Shown piece by piece: positions 36,590 to 46,171 of a stretch of 64,000 nucleotides of DNA (position 1 is the stretch's first letter; each line of letters opens with the position of its first letter). The notes under the pieces are model-generated. The model saw nothing but the letters and a program-made list of their open reading frames with translations. It searched no databases and was not told the DNA's origin. Source of the stretch: a virus; the IMG/VR virus record IMGVR_UViG_3300027747_002198, positions 64,001 to 128,000 of that record. The stretch is one strand, 5' to 3'. Both the position numbers and the translations under genes were made by a program.

Positions 36590-37509
36590 AAAAAATATTA
36601 GTGACTGGTGGTGCCGGATTTCTCGGTAGCCACCTTTGTGATAAATTGGTATCTCAAGGGCATCATGTGCTTTGCGTAGACAATTATTTTACCGGCAGCA
36701 AACAAAACATACAACTTCTTTTGAATAAACCAAATTTTGAAATTATTCGTCAAGATATTTGTTTTCCTCTTTATGTTGAAGTTGATGAGATTTATAATCT
36801 TGCTTGTCCGGCTTCGCCTGTACACTATCAACACGACCCAATCCAGACAATGAAAACAAGCATCTTGGGTGCATATAATATGTTAGGTTTGGCGAAAAGA
36901 ACTGGCGCAAAGATTCTGCAAGCATCAACATCGGAAGTCTATGGTGATCCACTTGTTCATCCACAAACAGAAGAATATTGGGGTAATGTAAATCCAATTG
37001 GTATTCGTTCTTGTTATGATGAAGGCAAGCGTGCCGCAGAAACTTTGTTTATGGATTATAATCGCAAACATAACGTGGCCACAAAAATTATTCGTATTTT
37101 CAATACTTATGGTCCTAGGATGTCACCTAATGATGGCCGAGTTGTTAGTAACTTCATTACACAAGCGTTAACAGGTAAAGATATTACAATTTATGGTGAT
37201 GGTTCACAAACAAGAAGCTTTTGTTATGTGGTTGATTTGATTGATGGTATGATGAAGATGATGGATTCAAAAGTTGCTGGGCCAATTAATCTAGGAAATC
37301 CAAATGAATACACAATGTTAGAGTTAGCTGAAAATGTTATTAAAAAAACCAAATCAAAAAGTAGAATTGTTTTTCACGAATTGCCTGAAGATGATCCAAA
37401 ACAAAGGCAACCCAACATTACAAAAGCAAGAGAATTATTAAATTGGAAACCATATTATGATTTAGAATATGGTTTACTTGAAACAATACATTATTTTAAA
37501 TTATTATGA
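36586..37509 (+). CDS. UDP-glucuronate decarboxylase (UDP-xylose synthase)
   Basis: [46 protein letters not shown]. Confidence 0.9.
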   Translation: MKKILVTGGAGFLGSHLCDKLVSQGHHVLCVDNYFTGSKQNIQLLLNKPNFEIIRQDICFPLYVEVDEIYNLACPASPVHYQHDPIQTMKTSILGAYNMLGLAKRTGAKILQASTSEVYGDPLVHPQTEEYWGNVNPIGIRSCYDEGKRAAETLFMDYNRKHNVATKIIRIFNTYGPRMSPNDGRVVSNFITQALTGKDITIYGDGSQTRSFCYVVDLIDGMMKMMDSKVAGPINLGNPNEYTMLELAENVIKKTKSKSRIVFHELPEDDPKQRQPNITKARELLNWKPYYDLEYGLLETIHYFKLL

Positions 37510-38240
37510 GCATATCTTTTTTCCATATCGCATCAGTATATCCTAAAGCAACCGATGTAATCATAGAGAATGTTAGAAAACATCATCCAAATGATTATTA
37601 TTTTTTGGCTGTCGATGGACTCAGAATGAATTACTTCAATACATCTGACAAATATTTTTGTGATACTATTATCTATGGCCAAAAGATTGGTGGTCCTGTT
37701 CCACCATATGGTTTTACTTTAGAGAAAACTATTGAGTTCTTTGAGAGATTCCGTAGGGCTTGCCGAGGCGCTAACACATCACATATAATAATGATGGAAG
37801 ATGACGTATTGATTACTAAACCTATTACAGTTAATCCTGAATGGGAACATGTGGGTGCTGATACACGAATTGGTAATCATTTACCAGATTTTCTTCTTGA
37901 TATGATTGAGATACATTCTGGCAAACGGCCAATACGAACACAATATGGTGCAGGCGGCGGTTCAATTTTTAAAGTATCAACTTTTTTGGAACACTATGAA
38001 AGAAACATTCAATGGTTCAAAAACAACTTTAATATTATTCAAACAATGTATCCGACAATTGGTTATGTTGACTGCTTTATGAATGTTTATTATTGGTTAG
38101 CCGGTAAAGATTATTCTGCTAATCCACACAGAACAGATACACATAACCATCAGCCAGGATTTGATTATGAGGCCTTTATAAGTAATCAACCAAGTGAAAT
38201 TGAAATTATTAACAATTACAAGAAATACTATTATGAATGA
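37506..38240 (+). CDS. GT-A-like glycosyltransferase
   Basis: IIMMEDDV motif; glycan cluster context. Confidence 0.55.
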   Translation: MSISFFHIASVYPKATDVIIENVRKHHPNDYYFLAVDGLRMNYFNTSDKYFCDTIIYGQKIGGPVPPYGFTLEKTIEFFERFRRACRGANTSHIIMMEDDVLITKPITVNPEWEHVGADTRIGNHLPDFLLDMIEIHSGKRPIRTQYGAGGGSIFKVSTFLEHYERNIQWFKNNFNIIQTMYPTIGYVDCFMNVYYWLAGKDYSANPHRTDTHNHQPGFDYEAFISNQPSEIEIINNYKKYYYE

Positions 38241-39033
38241 ACTTACTATTGTAACGGCCTTCTTTGATATTGGTCGTGGTGAATGGACTCCTGATAAAGG
38301 TTTGCCTTCTTACCTACAAAGAACAACCGATACTTATTTTGAACGATTTGGCCACATGGCCAAACTTGATAATCACATCATCGTTTATACCTCTAATGAT
38401 TTTGTTGACCAAATCAAAGAAATTCGTGGTGACAAACCAACAACAGTTCTTACAGTTGATTTTCCTAATTCTTTTGTTAAACTCCGTGAAGAAGTTTCTC
38501 GTGTACAAAAAAGTCCAGAATATCAAGCAAAAATAAATCCCATGCAAGTACGAAATCCAGAATATTGGAACGCTGACTACGTTATCGTCAATGCTTTAAA
38601 ATCATCTTTTGCAACACAAGCTATTCAAAGAGGAGTTGTTGAAACCGAAATGTTGGCTTGGTTAGATTTTGGTTATTGTCGTGACGAAGATACACTTAAC
38701 GGTGTAACAAACTGGCAGTATCCATTTGATAAAGAAAAAATTCATTTCTTTAATATTAAAGAATGGGTTGAAGGCACATACATTCAAAATGTAATTGCCA
38801 ATAATGATGTACATATTACAGGACCAATGATTGTCGCCAGCAAAGAAAATTGGCCAGTATTGGAACAATTAGTGCACCATAGTATCAACGAACTATTAAA
38901 GAATGATTTGATTGATGATGATCAAACTTTATTATTGATGTCATATTTACAAAAACCAGAATTATTTGAATTACATTTCCTCAAAGATAATTGGTTTGCT
39001 GCTTTTAAGGATTATCATGCTGATATATGTTAG
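38233..39033 (+). CDS. HtrL/YibB-family protein
   Basis: TIVTAFFDIGR, NPEYW, AWLDFGY, DDDQ. Confidence 0.8.
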   Translation: MNELTIVTAFFDIGRGEWTPDKGLPSYLQRTTDTYFERFGHMAKLDNHIIVYTSNDFVDQIKEIRGDKPTTVLTVDFPNSFVKLREEVSRVQKSPEYQAKINPMQVRNPEYWNADYVIVNALKSSFATQAIQRGVVETEMLAWLDFGYCRDEDTLNGVTNWQYPFDKEKIHFFNIKEWVEGTYIQNVIANNDVHITGPMIVASKENWPVLEQLVHHSINELLKNDLIDDDQTLLLMSYLQKPELFELHFLKDNWFAAFKDYHADIC

Positions 39034-39736
39034 TTGTACCGGTAATCTAGGAGATTTTGCTAACGCATTACCTGTTATTTCAGGTTTATCATTATACGAC
39101 AAACGGCCAATCGATTTGGTCATCAAAGGTGAGATGCGTAAGTTTAATGGAATCAAAGAACTACTACTTCAACAACCTTGTATTAATTCGGTTGAATTTG
39201 ATGATGAAGTTTATTTCAATGGCGGAATTAATTTAAGTTCTTGGACTCGCATGGACCAAGATGATTCCAATCGACCAATTGAAACTTGCCGTTACGAAAA
39301 TTGGATAAGAGATAATTACAAATTAGATTTTAAGGTCGATGATGATTTTGAACTTCAGTTCACTCCAATGGAAGTTGAAAATACAGGCGATAAAACAGTT
39401 ATTGGTGATCGATGGAATCATGCAACAATCGACACTCGAAGAAAAACAAATGTGGTTGAACACGGAGCAAATCCGGATCCAGCAAAAGTATTCTATTTGG
39501 ACTATACAAAACCAATTTGTTACAATTTGTCGATAATTAAAAATAGTCCTCGACATTTTGTTACAACTTTTACTGGCATTGGTATTCTTGCTGATCTAAT
39601 GAATAAAGAAACCATTTGTTGTTGGGACGAAGATATGAGGATGTGGGATGGACATCCTGTTGAATACGACTTCATCCGCCATTACTATGGCAATCGTAAA
39701 TCAAAACTTGTTTATGTGAAAGATTTAGTAATATGA
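39017..39736 (+). CDS. GT9 (heptosyltransferase)-like protein
   Basis: NLGDFANALP, FVTTFTGIGILA. Confidence 0.5.
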   Translation: MLIYVSCTGNLGDFANALPVISGLSLYDKRPIDLVIKGEMRKFNGIKELLLQQPCINSVEFDDEVYFNGGINLSSWTRMDQDDSNRPIETCRYENWIRDNYKLDFKVDDDFELQFTPMEVENTGDKTVIGDRWNHATIDTRRKTNVVEHGANPDPAKVFYLDYTKPICYNLSIIKNSPRHFVTTFTGIGILADLMNKETICCWDEDMRMWDGHPVEYDFIRHYYGNRKSKLVYVKDLVI

Positions 39737-40440
39737 TTATTAATATTCGTAAAGGTGTTTTCGGCGATTGCATTCGTGGTGGTGATTTAGTTGCTATTGG
39801 AAATGTAGTAGAGCATTTAAGAAAAGTTAATAACAATCCTAACATTAGATTTTGGATTGATCCAAAAGCAACTAGTTCTGATAGATATGTTCAAGATTTT
39901 CATTCATTTTTAATTGCTATGACAGATTATTTTTCCTCATTTGAAGGCCAAGAAGAATTGCCATGGCGTAGAATTAATCTTTGGGATTTTCGTGATATCT
40001 CTGGTGATTTGGTTAAAATACCAAACACTAAAGAAATGAAAAAGAAAATTGTAATCTTTCCTTTGACAGATGCTCCATACAATCAATGGCGTAATTGGCC
40101 ACCACATCTATTATCAGAATTAATTAAAAAGTACGATGGTGAAGAATATAAAGATTATGTTAAAATAATTTGTTCTAAAAATTCAGCATATTATGGTGAA
40201 GAATGGACTTGTAGTACCGATATAATAGATAATCTAAACCATATTATGGATGCCGAAATCTTTGTTGGTGGTGACACAGGAACAACACATTTTGCATTTG
40301 CGCTTGACAGAGCACCTAAAGACCTGTTATACTATGGATCCAGTCGAGCATTGGTGCATACATTACCTTTCTATTTACTACAAGGTAAAGGTAAAGTTAC
40401 AAATTATTGGTTGGATTTTGAGGGCTCAAAATGGCAATAA
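39733..40440 (+). CDS. GT9-like protein
   Basis: GGDLV, RNWP, FVGGDTGTTHFA. Confidence 0.6.
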   Translation: MIINIRKGVFGDCIRGGDLVAIGNVVEHLRKVNNNPNIRFWIDPKATSSDRYVQDFHSFLIAMTDYFSSFEGQEELPWRRINLWDFRDISGDLVKIPNTKEMKKKIVIFPLTDAPYNQWRNWPPHLLSELIKKYDGEEYKDYVKIICSKNSAYYGEEWTCSTDIIDNLNHIMDAEIFVGGDTGTTHFAFALDRAPKDLLYYGSSRALVHTLPFYLLQGKGKVTNYWLDFEGSKWQ

Positions 40441-41084
40441 ATGATACAGCAGCAATTGTTACCGCTTTTTTTGGTAACAATGAAAATTTCTTTTATAAAC
40501 AAAACATGGCTAGAACTCTATGTAGAAACATAAAACGTTCTGATATATTTACTTGTTTGGCTTCACACTCCACTATTGATGAGAAAACTCAATCTTACAC
40601 TAATATTTCAATTTATGATGCAGACAATAGTTTTCAGATTAATGGAAAACCAAACGTAACACACAATCATGGTGTGGCAGAGTTAACTTCAATGCACAAT
40701 GCAGTAAATGCCCTTAAACGATTTGGTTTTAAATACATTATCAAATTTCCATTTGACATTGTTCCTGAAATGGATTTTACTAAACTAATAGACGATTGCA
40801 AAGCAACAGGTAAAAAATTAGTAACGGGAAGATGGGACAACGATATTACTATTGGTACTTTTGCCTTCTTTGCTGAAATTGACTTTTTCTTAGAAACATT
40901 TTCACTCGATGAAATATATCGGTGTGACAAAGATTTAGAATATGCTTGGTTTGATTCGGTAAATGAAAAAGGTTTATTGGAACAAGTACATTTTTGTAGT
41001 GGTTATAATAATTTTATGGGAAATAATATGACACAATATTCAGAAGGTGCTGGCACGAAAGTGTTGCAGTATCCATTTAGATGA
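40431..41084 (+). CDS. hypothetical protein (glycan cluster)
   Basis: HNHGVAEL, YIIKFPFD. Confidence 0.55.
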   Translation: MAINDTAAIVTAFFGNNENFFYKQNMARTLCRNIKRSDIFTCLASHSTIDEKTQSYTNISIYDADNSFQINGKPNVTHNHGVAELTSMHNAVNALKRFGFKYIIKFPFDIVPEMDFTKLIDDCKATGKKLVTGRWDNDITIGTFAFFAEIDFFLETFSLDEIYRCDKDLEYAWFDSVNEKGLLEQVHFCSGYNNFMGNNMTQYSEGAGTKVLQYPFR

Positions 41085-41773
41085 AAACACTTGGTATAAC
41101 TTGTATTGACGCTTACACATATACTCCTACAATAAAAGCGTTAAGAAAAACATTAGAAACACTAGATGGTTTATTTGATATTAAAACGGTATATTGGTTT
41201 AGTGACATTGACTTTCCTGAACCAATTGAGTATAATGTTAATTGGGTCAAAGTTAACCGATTTAAGAAATATACTGATGAATATAATTATATCACACTTA
41301 AACTTTTACCACATGTTGCAAAAGAAGATTATAACCTAATCATTCATGCTGACGGTTTTGCCGTTAATCGTGATGCGTGGGATCCAAAATTCTTAGAATA
41401 TGATTATCTTGGTGCTCGTTGGCCAAGTGGCGGTGTTGGCAACGGAGGTTTCTGTTTGCGTAGTAAAAAATTACTTGACGCTTTATTAGAACTAGAAGTA
41501 GGTTATAAAACATCCGATTTTCCTCAGGATGTTATAAACAATTATGAAAACTATGTGTTTGATGCATTTGGTGATAAAGTTATTCCGGAAGATAACACTA
41601 TTTGTAAAATTTATAGGCCGACACTTGAACAGAAATATGGCATCAGATTTCCTGATGGAGATATCATAGATAAGTTTAGTATTGAACACAACATGAGTTC
41701 TCCTTGGCTAGGAAAAAGCTTAGGTTTTCATGGAAAACATGGCGTAGCAACACATTATGGAATTGAACTATGA
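41081..41773 (+). CDS. DUF5672-like GT-A protein
   Basis: FLEYDYLGARW, VGNGGFCLRSKK, PED, FSIE, GFHG. Confidence 0.75.
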   Translation: MKTLGITCIDAYTYTPTIKALRKTLETLDGLFDIKTVYWFSDIDFPEPIEYNVNWVKVNRFKKYTDEYNYITLKLLPHVAKEDYNLIIHADGFAVNRDAWDPKFLEYDYLGARWPSGGVGNGGFCLRSKKLLDALLELEVGYKTSDFPQDVINNYENYVFDAFGDKVIPEDNTICKIYRPTLEQKYGIRFPDGDIIDKFSIEHNMSSPWLGKSLGFHGKHGVATHYGIEL

Positions 41774-43065
41774 ATGAAAATAAAGAAATTACCCAAAAAA
41801 TTATTGAAGCATTATCACAGTCGGTTAGACCAAAGTATGTAAAAAATTACGATGACTTTGAAGAAGGTCAATATGTGCAATACTCCGGTCAGCTTTGGGA
41901 TGACAAAGAAGTTTATGCGGCTATTGATGCAATACTACATGGCAGTTGGGTTGTTGCAGGTGAAAAGGTTGCACAATTTCAAAACAAGTTTAGCAAAAGA
42001 TTTAATGTAAAATATTCTCACATGGTAAATTCAGGCAGTTCTGCTGATTTAATTTTGGTTGCCGCAGCCAAAAAGAGATTGCAATGGAATGATGATGATG
42101 AAGTTATTGTATCACCGGTCGGATTCCCAACAACTATCTCAAGTATTGTACATAATAAGTTAAAACCTGTTTTTGTTGATATCGAATTGAATACACTCAA
42201 CTTTGATGTGAATTTAATTGAGAAAAAGATTACAAGTAAAACAAAAGCGATATTTGTTTCTCCCGTTCTTGCTAATCCTCCAGATATGGACAAGTTGGTT
42301 GAAATCTGCAAGAAACACAACATAGTTTTACTCGGCGATAATTGTGATTCTTTAGGTACTCTATGGAAAGATAAATTGATTACCGACCTGTATTATGCTT
42401 GGTCAACATCATTCTATCCTGCACACCATATCAGTACAGGTGAAGGCGGTATGGTGTGTTCTAATGATGAAGAATATATCAAAGAAGCAAGAAGTTTTTC
42501 TTGGTGGGGCCGTGACTGTTATTGTGTTGGTGCTAATAATCTTTTAGAATGTGGTACTTGCGGAAAACGATTTGATAATTGGTTAGATGATTATGATGGT
42601 ATCATTGACCACAAATATGTGTTTACCAATATGGGGTACAATCTTAAACCCTTAGATTTGCAAGGTGCGATTGGTATTGAACAGTTGAAGAAGTTTGATT
42701 TCTTAGAAGGCTCACGCAGAACATATAAAGAAAAAATACAACAATATATTGAATCTAATATTGATGAGGTTCGTGTTATTCGAGCAACTAAACATTCTGA
42801 TCCGTCTTGGTTTGGAGTTCCAATTTATTGTGAAACACAAGGATTAAAAGAAATGTTGGTTTCACATTTTGAAGAAAACAAAATTCAAACAAGAAACTAT
42901 TTTGCTGGAAACATTTTGTTACATCCTGGTTTCAAACATTTAGATGATTACAAATTGTATCCAAACTCAAACTTAGCATTAAGCAATGTGTTCTTTCTAG
43001 GTTGCTCTCCATTATATAATGAAAAGATATTACACTATATTGAAAAGGTCTGTAAAAAATGGTAA
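41770..43065 (+). CDS. rfbH: CDP-4-keto-6-deoxyglucose 3-dehydratase (RfbH/DdhC, DegT family)
   Basis: SFYPAHHISTGEGG (His in place of the Schiff-base Lys), WGRDCYC...CGTCGKRF Fe-S motif, YDHKY-like, GYNLKP. Confidence 0.85.
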   Translation: MNENKEITQKIIEALSQSVRPKYVKNYDDFEEGQYVQYSGQLWDDKEVYAAIDAILHGSWVVAGEKVAQFQNKFSKRFNVKYSHMVNSGSSADLILVAAAKKRLQWNDDDEVIVSPVGFPTTISSIVHNKLKPVFVDIELNTLNFDVNLIEKKITSKTKAIFVSPVLANPPDMDKLVEICKKHNIVLLGDNCDSLGTLWKDKLITDLYYAWSTSFYPAHHISTGEGGMVCSNDEEYIKEARSFSWWGRDCYCVGANNLLECGTCGKRFDNWLDDYDGIIDHKYVFTNMGYNLKPLDLQGAIGIEQLKKFDFLEGSRRTYKEKIQQYIESNIDEVRVIRATKHSDPSWFGVPIYCETQGLKEMLVSHFEENKIQTRNYFAGNILLHPGFKHLDDYKLYPNSNLALSNVFFLGCSPLYNEKILHYIEKVCKKW

Positions 43066-43889
43066 ATCTATTTGGTAAAGGTTTTGTTGGCCTTAGATAT
43101 TGTGAAATGGTACCTGAGGTCCGAGCAAACCAAAGAAATGATTATGATGTTTGTGAAAAAGATGTACTTTACATGATATCAACAATTCATAACTATCATG
43201 TTTGGACCAATCCTTATCTAGATATTGAAACTAATTTATCGACACTTATAGAAGTATTAGAATCATTTAGAAAATTTGATGGTGGTGGTACATTCAATTT
43301 TATTAGTTCTTGGTTTGTTTACGGTACGGTACCTTTGCCAGCGAGAGAGGATGCTCATTGTGATCCTAAAGGATTTTATAGTATCACCAAACGAACAGCA
43401 GAACAATTACTAATATCTTATTGCGAAACATATAAATTAAATTATAGAATTATTCGTTTACCCAACGTGTTAGGCGAAACAGACAGTAAAGTTTCAAAAA
43501 AGAAAAACGCATTACAATATATGTTGCGTCAAGTTCAAAGTAATGAAACATTAAGTTTGTATGATGGTGGCCATGCACTTAGAGATTATATGTATGTGGA
43601 TGATGTTGTCCGAGCAATACATTTGATTCTAGAAAAAGGTAATCAAAACGAAATCTACAATATTGGTACTGGAGTTGGAGTATCAGTTAGACAATGCCTT
43701 GATTATGCTATAAAAAAGATAAACTCCACTTCAAAAATCGAAGTAATAGAACCGGCCGAGTTTCACAAAGTGGTACAAACGGTAAATATGGTAATCGATA
43801 ATACCAAAATTAAGAACCTAGGATTCTTGCCAAAATACACAATTTATGATATAATTGACAGGTTGTTAGAGAAAAACCCAACAATTTGA
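43059..43889 (+). CDS. NAD-dependent epimerase/dehydratase
   Basis: GKGFVG, FISSWFVYG, YSITK, RDYMYVDD. Confidence 0.85.
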   Translation: MVNLFGKGFVGLRYCEMVPEVRANQRNDYDVCEKDVLYMISTIHNYHVWTNPYLDIETNLSTLIEVLESFRKFDGGGTFNFISSWFVYGTVPLPAREDAHCDPKGFYSITKRTAEQLLISYCETYKLNYRIIRLPNVLGETDSKVSKKKNALQYMLRQVQSNETLSLYDGGHALRDYMYVDDVVRAIHLILEKGNQNEIYNIGTGVGVSVRQCLDYAIKKINSTSKIEVIEPAEFHKVVQTVNMVIDNTKIKNLGFLPKYTIYDIIDRLLEKNPTI

Positions 43890-43945
43890 CGAGTATATAT
43901 CTAACCCAACCTTTTGATGGTTTGGTGGTGTAGTTTCAAAAGTTG

Positions 43946-43953
43946 TATAAATA
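43946..43953 (+). promoter_or_regulatory. T4-type late promoter TATAAATA
   Basis: Exact consensus at the head of the putative internal-protein block. Confidence 0.8.
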
Positions 43954-43997
43954 AGCAATCGGCAACCAAAGTGTGTTGCATATCTAGAAGGAAATTA

Positions 43998-45170
43998 ATG
44001 AGGTCTTTTACAAGCTTTCTTACCGAAGAAGTTGAGGGTGAAAAACTCAAGCATATAACTCATGCTGAAGATAGACCATTACAACATGGCGCCAAAGGTT
44101 TTACCCACGCATATAATGCTATGCAACAAGTTCACGACCATATTAAGTCTGGTGGAAATAGTTCTGCTTTGACAATGAAATATGATGGTTCTCCTGCTGT
44201 GGTATTTGGTCGTCATCCAGAAAATGGCAAGTTTTTTGTAGCTAGTAAATCTGCCTTCAACAAAAATCCAAAGTTAAATTACACCCACGATGACATCGTT
44301 AAGAACCATGGACACGCACCAGGCCTCGTAGAAAAACTCCACTCAGCATTGAATCATCTTAAAAAAATAGCACCTAAAACTGGTGTATACCAAGGAGATT
44401 TGATGTATTCTGAGGGAGATAAAACCGATACCAAAAAAGGTGTTTCTTTTACCCCAAATACCATTACCTATACCGCCAAAGATGAGCAGGCAGATAAAAT
44501 TCGTAAATCTAAATTAGGCGTTATTGTTCACACGCAATATCACGGTAATAATATTCAAACTATGGGTGCCGATCCACATCCAGATTTGCATAATTTTACA
44601 CAGCACCCCGATGTATGGCATAAGTCAGCTAATCATGATACGAAACATATACATTATTCTGAGGAAGATCAAAATCAATTTAAATCCCATCTAGATGCTG
44701 CTAAAAAAATACATGACGAACATAAAAAAAACATGTACAAGGCAACAGAACCCCATCGTGGCGAAGCAAGTCACTTAGAAACATATATTAACCATACTGT
44801 TAGGACCGATGAAACTCCTACTTCTGCTGGATTAAAGAAACATATTCAATCCAAATATGATAAAATGGCTAGTAAGTTAAAAACACCTGCGGCCCAAAGC
44901 AGAAAAAATACTGAAGCAAAATCACATATGAATTATATTGATGCTAATAAGCAACACTATGATAATCTTTTAGCTATGCATAGCCATTTACAAATGGCAA
45001 AAAATGTGTTGGTATCTACACTAAATCAACATGAAGGTGGACTCGAACATCATATTGACAGCAAAAGAAGTGGTCCTGAAGGATTTGTTGTTAATCATGC
45101 CGGAGAGCCAACTAAATTGGTTGATAGAAAAGAGTTTGCTAAAGCTAATTTGTTAAAGGTGAGAAAATGA
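43998..45170 (+). CDS. conserved T4-like hypothetical protein (DUF6267-like) with capsid-targeting-like N-terminus
   Basis: KYDGSPA, FFVASKS, QGDLM, PEGFV, KLVDR; starts MRSFTSFLTEE. Confidence 0.7.
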   Translation: MRSFTSFLTEEVEGEKLKHITHAEDRPLQHGAKGFTHAYNAMQQVHDHIKSGGNSSALTMKYDGSPAVVFGRHPENGKFFVASKSAFNKNPKLNYTHDDIVKNHGHAPGLVEKLHSALNHLKKIAPKTGVYQGDLMYSEGDKTDTKKGVSFTPNTITYTAKDEQADKIRKSKLGVIVHTQYHGNNIQTMGADPHPDLHNFTQHPDVWHKSANHDTKHIHYSEEDQNQFKSHLDAAKKIHDEHKKNMYKATEPHRGEASHLETYINHTVRTDETPTSAGLKKHIQSKYDKMASKLKTPAAQSRKNTEAKSHMNYIDANKQHYDNLLAMHSHLQMAKNVLVSTLNQHEGGLEHHIDSKRSGPEGFVVNHAGEPTKLVDRKEFAKANLLKVRK

Positions 45171-46171
45171 AAAATTTATTTGATGTAATTGATCGTGAAT
45201 TAATCATTGAAGCGGTCGGCCGTGGATTTCTTACATCTTCAGGTTTGGATTCCGAACGGCAAGAAAAGAAGTATATTGATCCTCATATCGGTGGAACCGA
45301 ATATACTCATGAATTAGGCAAAGCACACAAAGATATTCCTGTTGGTTCTAAGTTGAGATTAACGGGCAAAGAAAGAATTGAAGGCAAGTTGCATGTACGA
45401 GCTATTAATGACGCAACTAGAGAAGAACATTTAATACCTGCATCAAAGATACATAAACCAGGTGAAGCACCAAAGAATAAAGGCTTGGATTATGAAACTC
45501 AAACTTTTCAGAGATTTCAAAGAGCAGGTATTACACCTTTAGACGCAAAGAGTGCAGGTTCAACTGGTGGCACCGATGTTACTATTGTTAATAAAAAGAA
45601 AAAAACAACACACAAAGGTCGTATTAAGAGTGCTGAAGATTTAATCCACGGAGAAGTAAAAGAAGGTGTGACGGCAGCTATGGGTCAACTAACAATACAC
45701 CATGATCCAGCTAAAGGTGGTTGGCATGTTGGAGATAAAGCAAAAAATTTAAGGCCAAACTACGCCAAAGCAATTGAAGATGCGGGTATCATTAAAATGA
45801 TGAATAAAAAATATAATCCCGATAAACATGATATACCAACAACTGCAAGTGGTCGTGCCAAATCGATTAGTATTAAACATCCTAATTTAGATCCGGCCGT
45901 ACATTATTTAAATGACCATCATGTTCATGTATTGCATGTTGGTAGTGGTTATGGAACATATAAAGTGGGCGAAAAAGATCCTACTGGCCACGGATTACCA
46001 GCAGTTTCAGGCAAAGGCGAATTTATAGTTCGTGAAAAACAAGCAGGCAACAAAAAGGCAAGGACTGTTATGTTCAAACCTGACGGAGTAAAAGGCTTAA
46101 ATAAAAGCCATGTGAATCTAGATGATGACGAACATTTAGAACATTTTGCAAAAACATTAGGACATAGATGA
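45167..46171 (+). CDS. hypothetical protein
   Basis: 334-aa ORF with 4-nt overlaps on both sides. Confidence 0.7.
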   Translation: MKNLFDVIDRELIIEAVGRGFLTSSGLDSERQEKKYIDPHIGGTEYTHELGKAHKDIPVGSKLRLTGKERIEGKLHVRAINDATREEHLIPASKIHKPGEAPKNKGLDYETQTFQRFQRAGITPLDAKSAGSTGGTDVTIVNKKKKTTHKGRIKSAEDLIHGEVKEGVTAAMGQLTIHHDPAKGGWHVGDKAKNLRPNYAKAIEDAGIIKMMNKKYNPDKHDIPTTASGRAKSISIKHPNLDPAVHYLNDHHVHVLHVGSGYGTYKVGEKDPTGHGLPAVSGKGEFIVREKQAGNKKARTVMFKPDGVKGLNKSHVNLDDDEHLEHFAKTLGHR

